Shown here: positions 26,689-36,271 of the stretch, piece by piece
Layout: the number at the start of each line of letters is the position of its first letter
How positions within the stretch are numbered: the stretch's first letter is position 1
From: Nannocystis bainbridge
GTDB lineage: Bacteria > Myxococcota_A > Polyangia > Nannocystales > Nannocystaceae
Reading direction: 5' to 3'
DNA length: 64,000 nucleotides
Assembly: GCF_028368995.1 (NCBI RefSeq)
Contig: NZ_JAQNDL010000001.1
Location: 288,001 to 352,000, forward strand
Program-made: the position numbers and the translations under genes
Notes under the pieces: model-generated
Databases searched by the model: none
Seen by the model: only the letters and a program-made list of their open reading frames with translations
What the model was told of the DNA's origin: nothing

Positions 26689-29439
26689 GTGACACTCTCC
26701 GATGCTCCTGCCATGACCCCGACCTGGCGCGAGAGCCTGGAACGCGTCTGCGCGGCCGTCGTCTCGGTCCGGATCGACGCCCCGCGCCCCTTCGACACCG
26801 AGTGGAACGGCAGCTCCCAGGCCACTGCGTTCGTCGTCGACGCCGAGCAAGGCCTCCTGCTCAGCAACCGCCACGTCGTCCAGCCCGGCCCCGTGGTCGC
26901 CGAGGCGGTCTTCCTCAACCACGAGGAGATCCCGCTGCGACCGGTCTACCGCGACCCGGTCCACGACTTCGGGTTCTTCCGCTACGACCCCACGGCCCTG
27001 CGCTTCATCCGGCCGCCGGCGCTGCGCCTGCGCCCCGACAAGGCCCTCGTCGGCACCGAGCTGCGCGTGGTCGGCAACGACGCCGGCGAGAAGCTCTCCA
27101 TCCTCGCCGGCACGCTCGCCCGCGTCGATCGCCCGGCGCCGCTCTATGGGTCGAGCAAGTACAACGATTTCAATACCTTTTACCTGCAGGCTGCAAGCGG
27201 AGCGTCAGGTGGATCTTCCGGCTCTCCGGTGGTCGACATCGAGGGCGACGTCATCGCCCTCAACGCCGGCAGCCGGACCCAGGCCGCCTCGAGCTTCTTC
27301 CTCCCGCTCGAGCGAGTGCTGCGCGCCTTCGAGCTGCTGCGTGCGGGTCAGCCGATCTCGCGCGGCACCTTGATGACGACTTTCTCGTACACCCCGTTCG
27401 ACGAGCTGGCGCGCCTCGGCCTCCGCCCCGAGACCGAGCAGGTCTGCCGCGCCGCCGACCCGGGCGGCATCGGCCTGCTCATCGTCGACAAGCTGATCCC
27501 CGGCGGCCCGACCGACAACCTGCTCGAGCCGGGTGACATCCTCCTGCGCGTCGAGGGCGAGTTCATCCCCCGCTTCGTCCCGCTCGAGGCCCGCCTCGAC
27601 GCCTCGGTCGGCCAGACCATCACCCTCGAGCTCGAGCGCGGCGGCCGGCCCCTCACCATCCGCGCCAAGGTCCACGACCTCCACGCCGTCTCCCCCAGCA
27701 CCTATCTCGAGGTTGGCGGCGCGATCCTCCACGACCTCTCCTACCAGCGGGCCCGCAACCCCCAGGTTCCCCTGACCGGCGTGTACCTCGCCAACAGCGG
27801 CTACCTGTTCTCGCCCCTCGACCTCGACCGCGGCGCCGTGGTCCGCGCCATCGCCGGCGTGCCGACGCCGGATCTGGCGGCCGCCGAGGCCGTCCTCGGC
27901 AACTTGCCGCACGCGGCACCCTTCATGGTCCGCTGGATCGACCTCGACCAGCCGACCCGCGAGCACGTCACCGTCCTCACCATGGACCGGCGGTGGTTCG
28001 CCATGACCCGCTCGACCCGCGACGACGCCTCGGGGCGCTGGCCGTCGGCCGAGGCCCCGCCGCCCCCGGCACCTCCGGTGCGCACGCCGGTCACCACCAA
28101 CCTGCCGCCCTCCGACGACATCCGGGTGCAGCAGGTCCAGCCCTCGCTGGTCACGGTCACCTGCAACATCCCGTTCAAGATCGACGGCATCCACGCCACC
28201 CGCTTCGTCGGCGCCGGCCTGGTCGTCGACGCCAAGCGCGGGCTCGTGCTCGTCGACCGCAACACCGTCCCGATCGCGCTCGCCGACATCACCCTCACCG
28301 TCGCCGGCGCGGTCGAGATCCCCGGCGAGATCGCCTTCCTCCATCCGCACCACAACTACGCCCTCGTCGCGTACGACCCGGCCCTCCTCGGCGACACGCC
28401 GATCCGCGCCGTCGACCTCGCCCCGCGCCCGCTCCACCCCGGCGATCCGGTGTGGCTCGTCGGGCTCAAGTCGGGCCACCGCGTGTTCGCCCAGAGCACC
28501 GCCGTCGCAGCCGTCGAGGCCGTCGACTTGCCGCTGCCGCGCCCGCCCCGGTTCCGCGCCATGAACCTCGAGCGGATCTCTCTCACCAGCGCCACCGCCT
28601 CGCTTGGCGGCGCCATCGTCGACAGCGAGGCCCGCGTGCTCGCGCTGTGGGCCGGCTTCTCCTACCAGGACGGCAAGGACCACCGCGTCGCCGAGTACGG
28701 CATCGCCGCCGACCTGTTCGCCGAGGCCGTCGAGATCTTCCGCCGCGGCGAGTCGCCGATCGTCTGCGACCTCGGGGTCGAGTTCGGCACCGTCACCCTC
28801 GCCGAGGCGCGTCACCGCGGCCTGTCCCCAGAGGCAGCCGCCGAGCTCGAGGGCCACGACCCGCTGCGCCGCCAGGTGCTCGTCGTCCAGCGCCTGGCCG
28901 CGTTCGCCCGCGGCTGGCAAGCGGGCGACCTGGTCCTTCGGGCAGGTGGCGCCGCCGTCACCTCGGTCCGCGAGATCGAGCGATCGCTGCGCGGCGGGCG
29001 GGTCACCGTCCGCCTGCTGCGCGACGGCCGGGAGCTCGACCTCGAGGTCGAGACCCGCCCCGACGACGGCCGCGGCACCGACCGCGTGCTCCACTGGGCC
29101 GGCGCGCTGCTGCAGGCCCCGCACCACGCCGCGCTGATCCAGCGCGCCGTCCCCGACGAGGGCGTGTACATCTCGCTCTACTGGTACGGCTCGCCCGCCA
29201 GCCGCTCGCGCCTCCGCGCCGCCCGCCGGATCGTCGCCGCCGAGGACCGCCCCACCCCCGACATCGACAGCTTCCTCGCCGCCGTCGCCGGCAAGCCCGA
29301 CCGCGCCTCCGTCCGCCTCAAGACCGTCGACCTCGACGGCAAGGTCGACCTCCTGACCCTCCGCCTCGACCTCGAGTACTTCCCGACCTACGAGCTCCGC
29401 CGCACCGGCGACGGCTGGATCCGCATCGACCACGCCTGA
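26689..29439 (+). CDS. Nma111/Ynm3/DEG7-type serine protease (duplicated trypsin-like and PDZ domains)
   Basis: Triad SNRHVV, VHDFG, GGSSGSP; GNDAGEKLSILAG and YNDFNTFYLQAA; second degenerate protease domain (GAGLVVDAKRGLVLVDR, HPHHNYA) plus PDZ-like units; alternative ATG 26713. Confidence 0.9.
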   Translation: MTLSDAPAMTPTWRESLERVCAAVVSVRIDAPRPFDTEWNGSSQATAFVVDAEQGLLLSNRHVVQPGPVVAEAVFLNHEEIPLRPVYRDPVHDFGFFRYDPTALRFIRPPALRLRPDKALVGTELRVVGNDAGEKLSILAGTLARVDRPAPLYGSSKYNDFNTFYLQAASGASGGSSGSPVVDIEGDVIALNAGSRTQAASSFFLPLERVLRAFELLRAGQPISRGTLMTTFSYTPFDELARLGLRPETEQVCRAADPGGIGLLIVDKLIPGGPTDNLLEPGDILLRVEGEFIPRFVPLEARLDASVGQTITLELERGGRPLTIRAKVHDLHAVSPSTYLEVGGAILHDLSYQRARNPQVPLTGVYLANSGYLFSPLDLDRGAVVRAIAGVPTPDLAAAEAVLGNLPHAAPFMVRWIDLDQPTREHVTVLTMDRRWFAMTRSTRDDASGRWPSAEAPPPPAPPVRTPVTTNLPPSDDIRVQQVQPSLVTVTCNIPFKIDGIHATRFVGAGLVVDAKRGLVLVDRNTVPIALADITLTVAGAVEIPGEIAFLHPHHNYALVAYDPALLGDTPIRAVDLAPRPLHPGDPVWLVGLKSGHRVFAQSTAVAAVEAVDLPLPRPPRFRAMNLERISLTSATASLGGAIVDSEARVLALWAGFSYQDGKDHRVAEYGIAADLFAEAVEIFRRGESPIVCDLGVEFGTVTLAEARHRGLSPEAAAELEGHDPLRRQVLVVQRLAAFARGWQAGDLVLRAGGAAVTSVREIERSLRGGRVTVRLLRDGRELDLEVETRPDDGRGTDRVLHWAGALLQAPHHAALIQRAVPDEGVYISLYWYGSPASRSRLRAARRIVAAEDRPTPDIDSFLAAVAGKPDRASVRLKTVDLDGKVDLLTLRLDLEYFPTYELRRTGDGWIRIDHA

Positions 29440-29862
29440 GCCTGTCCCTCGGGACAGGCCATTTCCACATGTCCTGAAGGACAGGCAACCCGGCACGCCC
29501 CGAGCGCTGCCGTGGCACCTGTCTCGAAGGACATCCGCTCGCGGCCAAATCTCGGTGCCGCAGCCATCGACCAGCGCATATGCGGAGCCGCCTGCGTGCT
29601 CGGACAACATGTCCCCGAGGACATCTCATTCCCTCGCGCACCTGCCTCGCGAGCCGACGCGAACATGTCCCAAGGGACACATTCATAATTGCCGAGTTCG
29701 GCCCCGTCGTCGTCACGCGGATCGAACCCCGGGGTCGGGACGAGCCTGTCCCCAGGGACACCTGCTCATCTGCGCGGAGATTTCCCGAACATGTCCTGAC
29801 GGCCACCCGCTCGACCTCGGCCCCGCGCCGCCGTGATGGACATGTCCCGAAGGACATCCCCC
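29438..29862. repeat. Long intergenic cluster of 8 paired (14-bp-spaced) GGACATGTCC-type units
   Basis: Pairs at 29441/29455, 29468/29482, 29518/29532, 29608/29622, 29664/29678, 29745/29759, 29790/29804, 29841/29855. Confidence 0.9.
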
Positions 29863-29991
29863 TGTGACACCTGAGTCTCCCCGCACGCTCGCGGCCGCGG
29901 CCCGCGGCCCCGTCGCTTCGGCCCCGCCCGTGCTCGCGGCTCGCCCCGTCAACCGCTTCCTCGGCCGACGCATTCCCGCTACGCTGACTCG

Positions 29992-31032
29992 ATGCGGCTC
30001 GCGTTCGTCGTCGGCCTCGGGCTTCTCGGCGCCTGCGTGCCCAGCGATCATCCCCCGTGGCTCGTCGACCACCCGATGCCCTGGGGCATCGTCGCCAGCG
30101 TCGTCGAGCCGGGCGGTTACTCCACCGGGCTCGTCGTCCCCGAAGGTCGCGTGCGAGCCTCCGCCCTCCCGCTCGACACCCTCGAGCTGCAGTGGATCGC
30201 CGCCACGCCGCCCGGCGTCACCGTCCCCCCGCCGATCTGGTTCATCTGTCCCTCCTACTGCGGCGCGCTGCTCGCCGAGCCCCTCCCGACCTGCCCCTTC
30301 CCGTTGCCGCTGGCGATCACCGAAAATTGTCGCCTCGACGAGGGCGAGCGGGTCCGCCTCAGCCTCGGCGGCGCCTATACGGCCGACGAAACCTTCCTCG
30401 GCCACTTCGGCGTCCTGGCCATCACCGGCGACGGCAGCATCGACGCCGAGACCTGCGTGCAGCGGCTCGGCACCATCCCGCGCAGCGGCCTCGAACGCTG
30501 CCTCGTGCAGACGCGCCTCATCGAGCTGGGCCCGCTAGGCCGGCTCCTTACCACCGTGCCCGGCCTCGTGGACGACGACGCCATCGCCGAGTTGCCCGAC
30601 GACCTCGCCGACGAGCCGGCCGACTTCCACCCCGTGCTCGCCGGCGTGCGCGTGCGTCACTTCGGCCGCGGCGGCCTTCAGGAACAGCTCGCCCAGCCCG
30701 GCGACACGATCGAGGTGCGCGTCGACGACATCGTCCACCTCGTGCCCGAGTTCACCGTCGACTCCGAGCAGGACTACTACGAGATCACGCTGTCGTCCGG
30801 CACCCCGCAGCGCCTGTCGGCCATCCTCAAGAGAGAGTGGTTCTTGACCCGGACCGGCATCACCACGCTGGTCGACACCCTCGACCCTCCCGACGCCGAC
30901 AACATCAGCACCTGGCGCGTCCCCGACGAGCCCGAGCCCATCCTCTTCTACTTCTACTCCACCGACATCCGCCAGGGCCGCGCCTTCGCCAGCCTGCGCT
31001 TCGTCGTCGCGGACGCGACCCCCGCGCCATGA
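29992..31032 (+). CDS. Lipoprotein associated with TonB-dependent receptor
   Basis: Lipobox LGAC; Cys pairs; stop overlaps the receptor ATG. Confidence 0.8.
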   Translation: MRLAFVVGLGLLGACVPSDHPPWLVDHPMPWGIVASVVEPGGYSTGLVVPEGRVRASALPLDTLELQWIAATPPGVTVPPPIWFICPSYCGALLAEPLPTCPFPLPLAITENCRLDEGERVRLSLGGAYTADETFLGHFGVLAITGDGSIDAETCVQRLGTIPRSGLERCLVQTRLIELGPLGRLLTTVPGLVDDDAIAELPDDLADEPADFHPVLAGVRVRHFGRGGLQEQLAQPGDTIEVRVDDIVHLVPEFTVDSEQDYYEITLSSGTPQRLSAILKREWFLTRTGITTLVDTLDPPDADNISTWRVPDEPEPILFYFYSTDIRQGRAFASLRFVVADATPAP

Positions 31033-33446
31033 TCGCCGTCGCGCTCGGCCTCCTCCTCGCCGCCCCTCCGTCGGCCGCGGCGCAAGAACCACATGTCCCT
31101 TCGGACATCTCACCTCGCGACGCCCCGGCCTCTGCTCGACCTGTCCCTTCGACCAGTTCACGCCTCGACGCCCCAACCTCCGCGCGACCTGTCCCTTCGA
31201 CCAGCCGCCTCGAGGCCCGCGGCAGCTTGCGCAGCGCCGGCGAGCGCCAGCCGCTGGTCGGCGCGCGGGTGTTCGCCGGCGGCCGCCGCGGCCCCGCGTG
31301 GACGCGCGAGGCCGTCACCGCCGCCGACGGCAGCTTCGTCCTCGCCGACCTGCCCGCCCTCGACTTCGACTTCATCGTCGTCGCTGCCGGTCACGAGCGC
31401 CTCGAGCAAGCGACCACCGCCGGCTTCTGGCGCCGCCGGCGGCCGCCCGTCGTCTACGTGCAACCGGCGGGCGCGGGCCGCTACCGCACCATCGTCGCCC
31501 AGGAGCGCTACCCCAAACCGAGCCCCTTCAGCGTCCAGCTCGCGCCCGACGAGATCGCCGCGCTGCCCGGCAGCCAGGGCGATCCGCTGCGCGCCCTGCA
31601 GAACCTGCCCGGCGCCGCGCGTGTCCCCGGCGGCCTCGGCCTGCTGATCTTCCGCGGCGCTGCACCCAATCAATCGCAGGTGTTCTTCGGCGAGCACCCC
31701 GTGCCGCGCGCCTTCCACGTGCCCGGCCTCGCCAGCATCGTGCCCGCCGGCGTGCTGTCGGGCCTGCAGTACGTGCCCAGCAACTTCGCCGCCAACTACG
31801 GCAACGCCACCGGCGGCCTCGTCGTCCTCACCCCGCGCGTCGGTCGACGCGACGGCGTGCACGGCCACGCCAAGCTCGACATCATCTCCGCCGGCGCTCT
31901 CGTCGAGGGGCCGATCGGTCGCGGCTCGTTCATGATCGCCGCCCAGCGCGGCTACCTCGACGTCGCCCTCAAGACCGTCGGCCGCCTCGCCTTCGGGAGC
32001 GACTACCTGCGCCCCAAGTACGGCGACTACCAGGTCGTCTTCGATCACCCCGTCGGCCCCGGCGCCAGCCTCACCCTCAGGCTGCTCGGCGCCAGCGACG
32101 TCATCCGCTTCAACTCGCCCGCCGCTGCCGGCGGCGGCGTCGCCCTCAGCGCCGGCTTTCACCGCATCGACCTCGTCTACAAGAAGCGCCACGGCCCGTG
32201 GGACTTCCTGCTCTCGCCGGCGCTGCGCCTCGACTCCGGCGGGATCGAGACCGCCACCGATCTGCGCCGCCGCTTCGACGTCGTCGGCCTCCTGCGCGCC
32301 GAGGCCACCACCCGCCCGTCGCGGCGGTTCCAGCTGACCTTCGGCGCCGACACCCAGCTCGATCGCCACCGCGTCCGCAGCCACGTCGAGCCGCTGTTCG
32401 GCCGCGGCGAGACCTTCGACGACGTCGCCCGCGGCTTCACGTCCGCCAGCGGCGCCTACGTCACCCCGCTCCTCGCGCTCGGCCGCTTCAGCCTCTCACC
32501 TGGCCTTCGGGCCAGCCTGTTCACCGGGACAGGTGAGTCCAAGTTCTCCGTCGACCCGCGGCTGCACGCGCGCTGGGCCCCACACCCGCGCGTCAACGTC
32601 CAGATCGGCGCCGGTCGCTACTCGCAGGCGTCGTTCTTGCCGCTGCCGACGGCCCCCTTCGTGGGCAACTTCAGCGCCGTCGACGCGCTCGGCCTCGACG
32701 GCCGGATCGTCCTGCCCGCGGCGATCCGCTACCTCGACCCGCGCATCGACGTCGACCCCCGCAGCCGCCTCGGCCTCATGCAGGCGATCCAGCTCAGCGC
32801 CAGCGTCCACCTCCGCCTCACCGCCGGCCTCGGCCTCGACGTCACCGGCTTCTGGCGCCGCGATCGCAACCACATCCCGCGCGCCGTCAATCCGTTCGGT
32901 CAGGCGGTCGAGGACCGCGGCGCGGTCACCCACGGCCTCGAGGTCATGTTGCGCCACGACCTCACCCGCCGCCTCTTCGGCTGGGTCGCCTACACCCTCA
33001 TGCAGGCGCGCGTCGGTAGCTTCGACGCCCACGACCGCCTCACCGTGCGCGCCGCCAACGACTTCGATCAGCGGCACAACCTCGTCGCCCTGCTCGGCGT
33101 CAAGTTGCCGCGCCGCTGGCAGATCGCCGGCCGCTTCCGCGTCGTCACCGGCCTCCCGTTCACCCCCGTCGTCGGCGGCATCAAGTACGACGGCGCCTTC
33201 CCCTACACCTCCCCCGTCCACGGCGCCTACAACAGCGTCCGCATGCCCGTGTTCCACCAGCTCGACCTGCGCATCGACAAGACCTGGGTCCGCCCGCGCA
33301 GCATCGTCTCGGCTTACCTCGACGTGCAGAACATCTACAACCGCCAGAACGCCGAGGGCCTGTGGTACCTCACCGATTACTCGGGCACCCAGACCGTCGT
33401 CGGCGTCCCGATCTTGCCGGTGTTCGGCGTGCGCCTCGAGTACTGA
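31029..33446 (+). CDS. TonB-dependent receptor (myxobacterial type)
   Basis: Plug motif LPGSQGDPLRALQNLPGAAR, FAANYGNATGG, DQRHNL, FHQLDLRIDK, YLDVQNIYN; terminal GVRLEY. Confidence 0.9.
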   Translation: MIAVALGLLLAAPPSAAAQEPHVPSDISPRDAPASARPVPSTSSRLDAPTSARPVPSTSRLEARGSLRSAGERQPLVGARVFAGGRRGPAWTREAVTAADGSFVLADLPALDFDFIVVAAGHERLEQATTAGFWRRRRPPVVYVQPAGAGRYRTIVAQERYPKPSPFSVQLAPDEIAALPGSQGDPLRALQNLPGAARVPGGLGLLIFRGAAPNQSQVFFGEHPVPRAFHVPGLASIVPAGVLSGLQYVPSNFAANYGNATGGLVVLTPRVGRRDGVHGHAKLDIISAGALVEGPIGRGSFMIAAQRGYLDVALKTVGRLAFGSDYLRPKYGDYQVVFDHPVGPGASLTLRLLGASDVIRFNSPAAAGGGVALSAGFHRIDLVYKKRHGPWDFLLSPALRLDSGGIETATDLRRRFDVVGLLRAEATTRPSRRFQLTFGADTQLDRHRVRSHVEPLFGRGETFDDVARGFTSASGAYVTPLLALGRFSLSPGLRASLFTGTGESKFSVDPRLHARWAPHPRVNVQIGAGRYSQASFLPLPTAPFVGNFSAVDALGLDGRIVLPAAIRYLDPRIDVDPRSRLGLMQAIQLSASVHLRLTAGLGLDVTGFWRRDRNHIPRAVNPFGQAVEDRGAVTHGLEVMLRHDLTRRLFGWVAYTLMQARVGSFDAHDRLTVRAANDFDQRHNLVALLGVKLPRRWQIAGRFRVVTGLPFTPVVGGIKYDGAFPYTSPVHGAYNSVRMPVFHQLDLRIDKTWVRPRSIVSAYLDVQNIYNRQNAEGLWYLTDYSGTQTVVGVPILPVFGVRLEY
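31089..31205. repeat. In-frame GGACATGTCC-derived units after the receptor signal peptide
   Basis: Pair 31092/31106 (HVPSDIS) plus two copies of CGACCTGTCCCTTCGACCAG (ARPVPSTS). Confidence 0.75.
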
Positions 33447-33449
33447 CGC

Positions 33450-34424
33450 TCACGGCGCCGGCTGCTGCTCGAAGCAGTACAGCCGCGCCCCCAGGTCGCA
33501 CGCCACCTCCGGACAATTCTCGGTCCACTGCGAGTCCGACAGCGTGCACTCGCCGACCACCGCCGTCCCGATCGGCGGCCCTATCCAACCGTTGCAGTCG
33601 GCCCCCTGCGCCGCCCCCATCGTGTCCGTCGCCGTCCACACCGGGCACGCGCCGCAGTTGGGCACCAGCACCGGCACCATCAGCCCGTGCTCGTCGACGT
33701 CGATCGCCGCTCCCAGAGCGCCGTCGATCAGCTCATCCCAGTGCTTGGCGACCAGCGAGCCGTCGAGCCGGAGCCACGGCCGCGTCCCGTGGGCCAGGCG
33801 GGTCGCCGCCGGGTGCTTCACGCTGCTCAGCCAGGCGACGTACGCACCCCCGAGCCCCGCCTCCTTCGCCCGCGTCGTGCACAGCGCGTCGGCCCCTTCG
33901 GTGCCCTTGAAGTCGTTCACCATCACCGGCTCGGCGGTGACGAACACGTGGAAGAACGTGCGCTTGCAATCGGTGCACGCCTCGCCGCCGTCGCACTCCT
34001 CGTTCGGCTGCACGATCGCGTCGCCGCAGACCTCGAACTTGCATGCGTTCGAGCAGCCGTCGCCCTCCACCATATTGCCGTCGTCGCACTCCTCCCCCTT
34101 GCCGAGCACGCTGTCGCCGCAGACATCCCCCGCCGTGTCGCTCGTGGTGTCGGGTCCGGTCGTCGTGCTCGACGACGCCGTCGCGGTCGCGAGCGGCCCC
34201 GTCGTCAATTCCATCGTCGTCGAATCCGTCGAGGTCGTCGGCTCGCCGGTGCCCGTCGTGATCGGGCTCATCGTCGTCATCGTGCCCGCGGTCCCCGTCG
34301 TCAGCGTCTCGCTGCCGGCCGCCGTGCCAGTGCCCGTCGTCGGCTCACTCCCGCTCGGCGAGAAGCACCCGGAGACCAGCATGAGCACCAGCGAGGCGAC
34401 GAGCGGACGGACCATCGCCACCAT
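33450..34424 (-). CDS. Lipoprotein with myxobacterial Cys-rich repeats (DUF4215-like) and endostatin/DUF1554-like domain
   Basis: Lipobox VSGC; CGD..GEECDDGN..GDGCS..C; FVT..GADALC...AGL.G.Y.AWLS; RLYCFEQ. Confidence 0.85.
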   Translation of the reverse strand: MVAMVRPLVASLVLMLVSGCFSPSGSEPTTGTGTAAGSETLTTGTAGTMTTMSPITTGTGEPTTSTDSTTMELTTGPLATATASSSTTTGPDTTSDTAGDVCGDSVLGKGEECDDGNMVEGDGCSNACKFEVCGDAIVQPNEECDGGEACTDCKRTFFHVFVTAEPVMVNDFKGTEGADALCTTRAKEAGLGGAYVAWLSSVKHPAATRLAHGTRPWLRLDGSLVAKHWDELIDGALGAAIDVDEHGLMVPVLVPNCGACPVWTATDTMGAAQGADCNGWIGPPIGTAVVGECTLSDSQWTENCPEVACDLGARLYCFEQQPAP

Positions 34425-34685
34425 TGTCGAAGAAACCGCCGCGCGGCGTCAAAGCAGGCGCAAACCGCCTCGCCGCGGCCCTCAGCCCCCGGCGCCCGCG
34501 GCTGCCTCCGCTTCTGCGATCGCTGGCCGGCAGCCCCGAGGAGGCCCGGTCCGTCGCGGCCGCTCGCGGTCGCTCGCAGCCTCGTCCTCGAGCGCGCCCA
34601 TCGAAGTCACCACCACCGCGCGCGTCCACGAGTCTCGGACCCGAACACGGCTCATCCATCCGCCTGTCTCTTCGGCCATCCCCAA

Positions 34686-34709
34686 TCACATGTCCTCAAA
34701 GACATCTCG
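34686..34709. repeat. Single 14-bp pair of GGACATGTCC-type units
   Basis: CACATGTCCTCAAAGACATC, cores 34689/34703. Confidence 0.6.
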
Positions 34710-34779
34710 CGCTCGACGTGCGCGATCGCGCTGACCTGCGAGGTTGTCGTCGTCGAACACGCGGTGGTACCGTGACGCG

Positions 34780-35379
34780 ATGGAGCACGAGAGCACGAGG
34801 GTCCGTTCGCGGGCGTGGTGGGCCGTCGTCTCGCTGTCGTTGTGGCTGCACGACCCGGCCGCGCGCGCCGACGTCGTCGACGAGCCGCCGCCCAACTGCC
34901 CGGCCGGCACCCAGGCCAACACCTGCCACAGCGGCCCGTTCTGCGCCCCGATCAAGTGCTCGACCGACGCCGAGTGCACCGGCGGCGCCACCTGTCAGGA
35001 CACCAAGGGCTGCATCGGCAGCATCGATTGCGGCGGCGGCGACAGCATGCCCGTCCCCACGCTCACGCTCTCGGCCCTTTGCCCGGACAGCAGCATCTGC
35101 GGCCCCGGCGAGACCTGCGAGGCGATCAAGCTGTGCCTGCCCGTGGTCGAACCGACCACCGGCGCCAGCTCGGACACCGGCCCGACCGCGAGCGGCACCG
35201 CCGCGAGCGATGGCAGCGCGAGCGGCCCGGCCACCAGCGACGCCACCGGCGACACCACCGGCGGCAGCAAGGGCGGCTGCGGCGGCTGCAGCACCGATCC
35301 GGGGACCGGCTCCTCCGCGCTCGCGCTGCTCGGGCTCGCGTGGCTCCTGCGGCGGCGACGCGACCGGGGCGTGCCATGA
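34780..35379 (+). CDS. Cys-rich secreted MYXO-CTERM protein
   Basis: Signal peptide ending ARA-D; many Cys; GGCGGCS...LALLGLAWLLRRRR. Confidence 0.85.
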   Translation: MEHESTRVRSRAWWAVVSLSLWLHDPAARADVVDEPPPNCPAGTQANTCHSGPFCAPIKCSTDAECTGGATCQDTKGCIGSIDCGGGDSMPVPTLTLSALCPDSSICGPGETCEAIKLCLPVVEPTTGASSDTGPTASGTAASDGSASGPATSDATGDTTGGSKGGCGGCSTDPGTGSSALALLGLAWLLRRRRDRGVP

Positions 35380-36119
35380 CGTTCACTGGCACGCCCCGCG
35401 TCGCGACAGCTTCGGCGTCGCCCCACGAACGCCACAGCGAGCGCTCACCCCATCCTCGTCTGAATCGCCCGCCTCTCCTCGCCGCGCTCGTGCTCGTCGC
35501 CTGCGCCCCGCGCGAACCCCCGGCCCCGGTCCCCGCACCCGCGCCTACGCCCGTCACCGCACCCGTCACCACGCCCGCTCCCTCCGCATCGCCCCCCGCT
35601 CCGCCCGAGCCCGCGATCGAGTCGCCTACACCCGTCGAGTCGAAGCCGAGCGAACCGCTGACGCCGAGCAAGACCTGGCCGTTCGTCGTCTGGGATCGCG
35701 CCGAGGCCTTCACCTTCAACCACCTCCTCTACGGCCCCGGCATCCCGCTGCGGGTCTGGGACGCCACCTCCGGCTGGAGCCCCAAGATCGTCGATCGCAA
35801 GCCGGTCACCCCGGAGCAGGCCTCACACGCGGTCGAGTGGGTCGTCGCCACCCGCGGCGATCTCGAGGTCTCGAAGTGCGCCTTCCCCCGTCACGCGGTC
35901 GTGCTCTACGCCGGCGACACCCCTGTCGGCAGCGTCAACGTCTGCTTCGAGTGCGGCGACATCCTGGTCTGGCCCGCCTTCGAGGCGCCCGCCACCGGCC
36001 CCGCCGCCGAACGCCGGCACAGCCAGCAGATGAAGGCCTACAAGCGCGTCTTCCCGCAGTGGCAGCGGTTCTTCCGCGACGAGCTCGGCTTCCCGCTCAC
36101 CCCGCCGCTACAAAATTGA
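35376..36119 (+). CDS. Putative lipoprotein with C..P.H / CFECG motifs; true start may be downstream
   Basis: Lipobox LVAC, Pro-rich linker, CAFPRH and VCFECGD. Confidence 0.7.
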   Translation: MTFTGTPRVATASASPHERHSERSPHPRLNRPPLLAALVLVACAPREPPAPVPAPAPTPVTAPVTTPAPSASPPAPPEPAIESPTPVESKPSEPLTPSKTWPFVVWDRAEAFTFNHLLYGPGIPLRVWDATSGWSPKIVDRKPVTPEQASHAVEWVVATRGDLEVSKCAFPRHAVVLYAGDTPVGSVNVCFECGDILVWPAFEAPATGPAAERRHSQQMKAYKRVFPQWQRFFRDELGFPLTPPLQN

Positions 36120-36265
36120 CATGTCCCGCGGGACAGCCTCACGACATGTCCCGAAAGACATCCTCGTGCACCCTCGCCCCGAAGTGCTCGAGGCCGATCG
36201 GACATGCCCCTGCGGACATGCCCCTCACGACATGCCCGATCGAGCATGTCCCTGGCGACATACCC
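36117..36265. repeat. GGACATGTCC-type array between convergent genes
   Basis: Pairs 36120/36134 and 36145/36159; run 36203, 36217, 36231, 36245, 36259. Confidence 0.9.
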
Positions 36266-36271
36266 GCGCGT

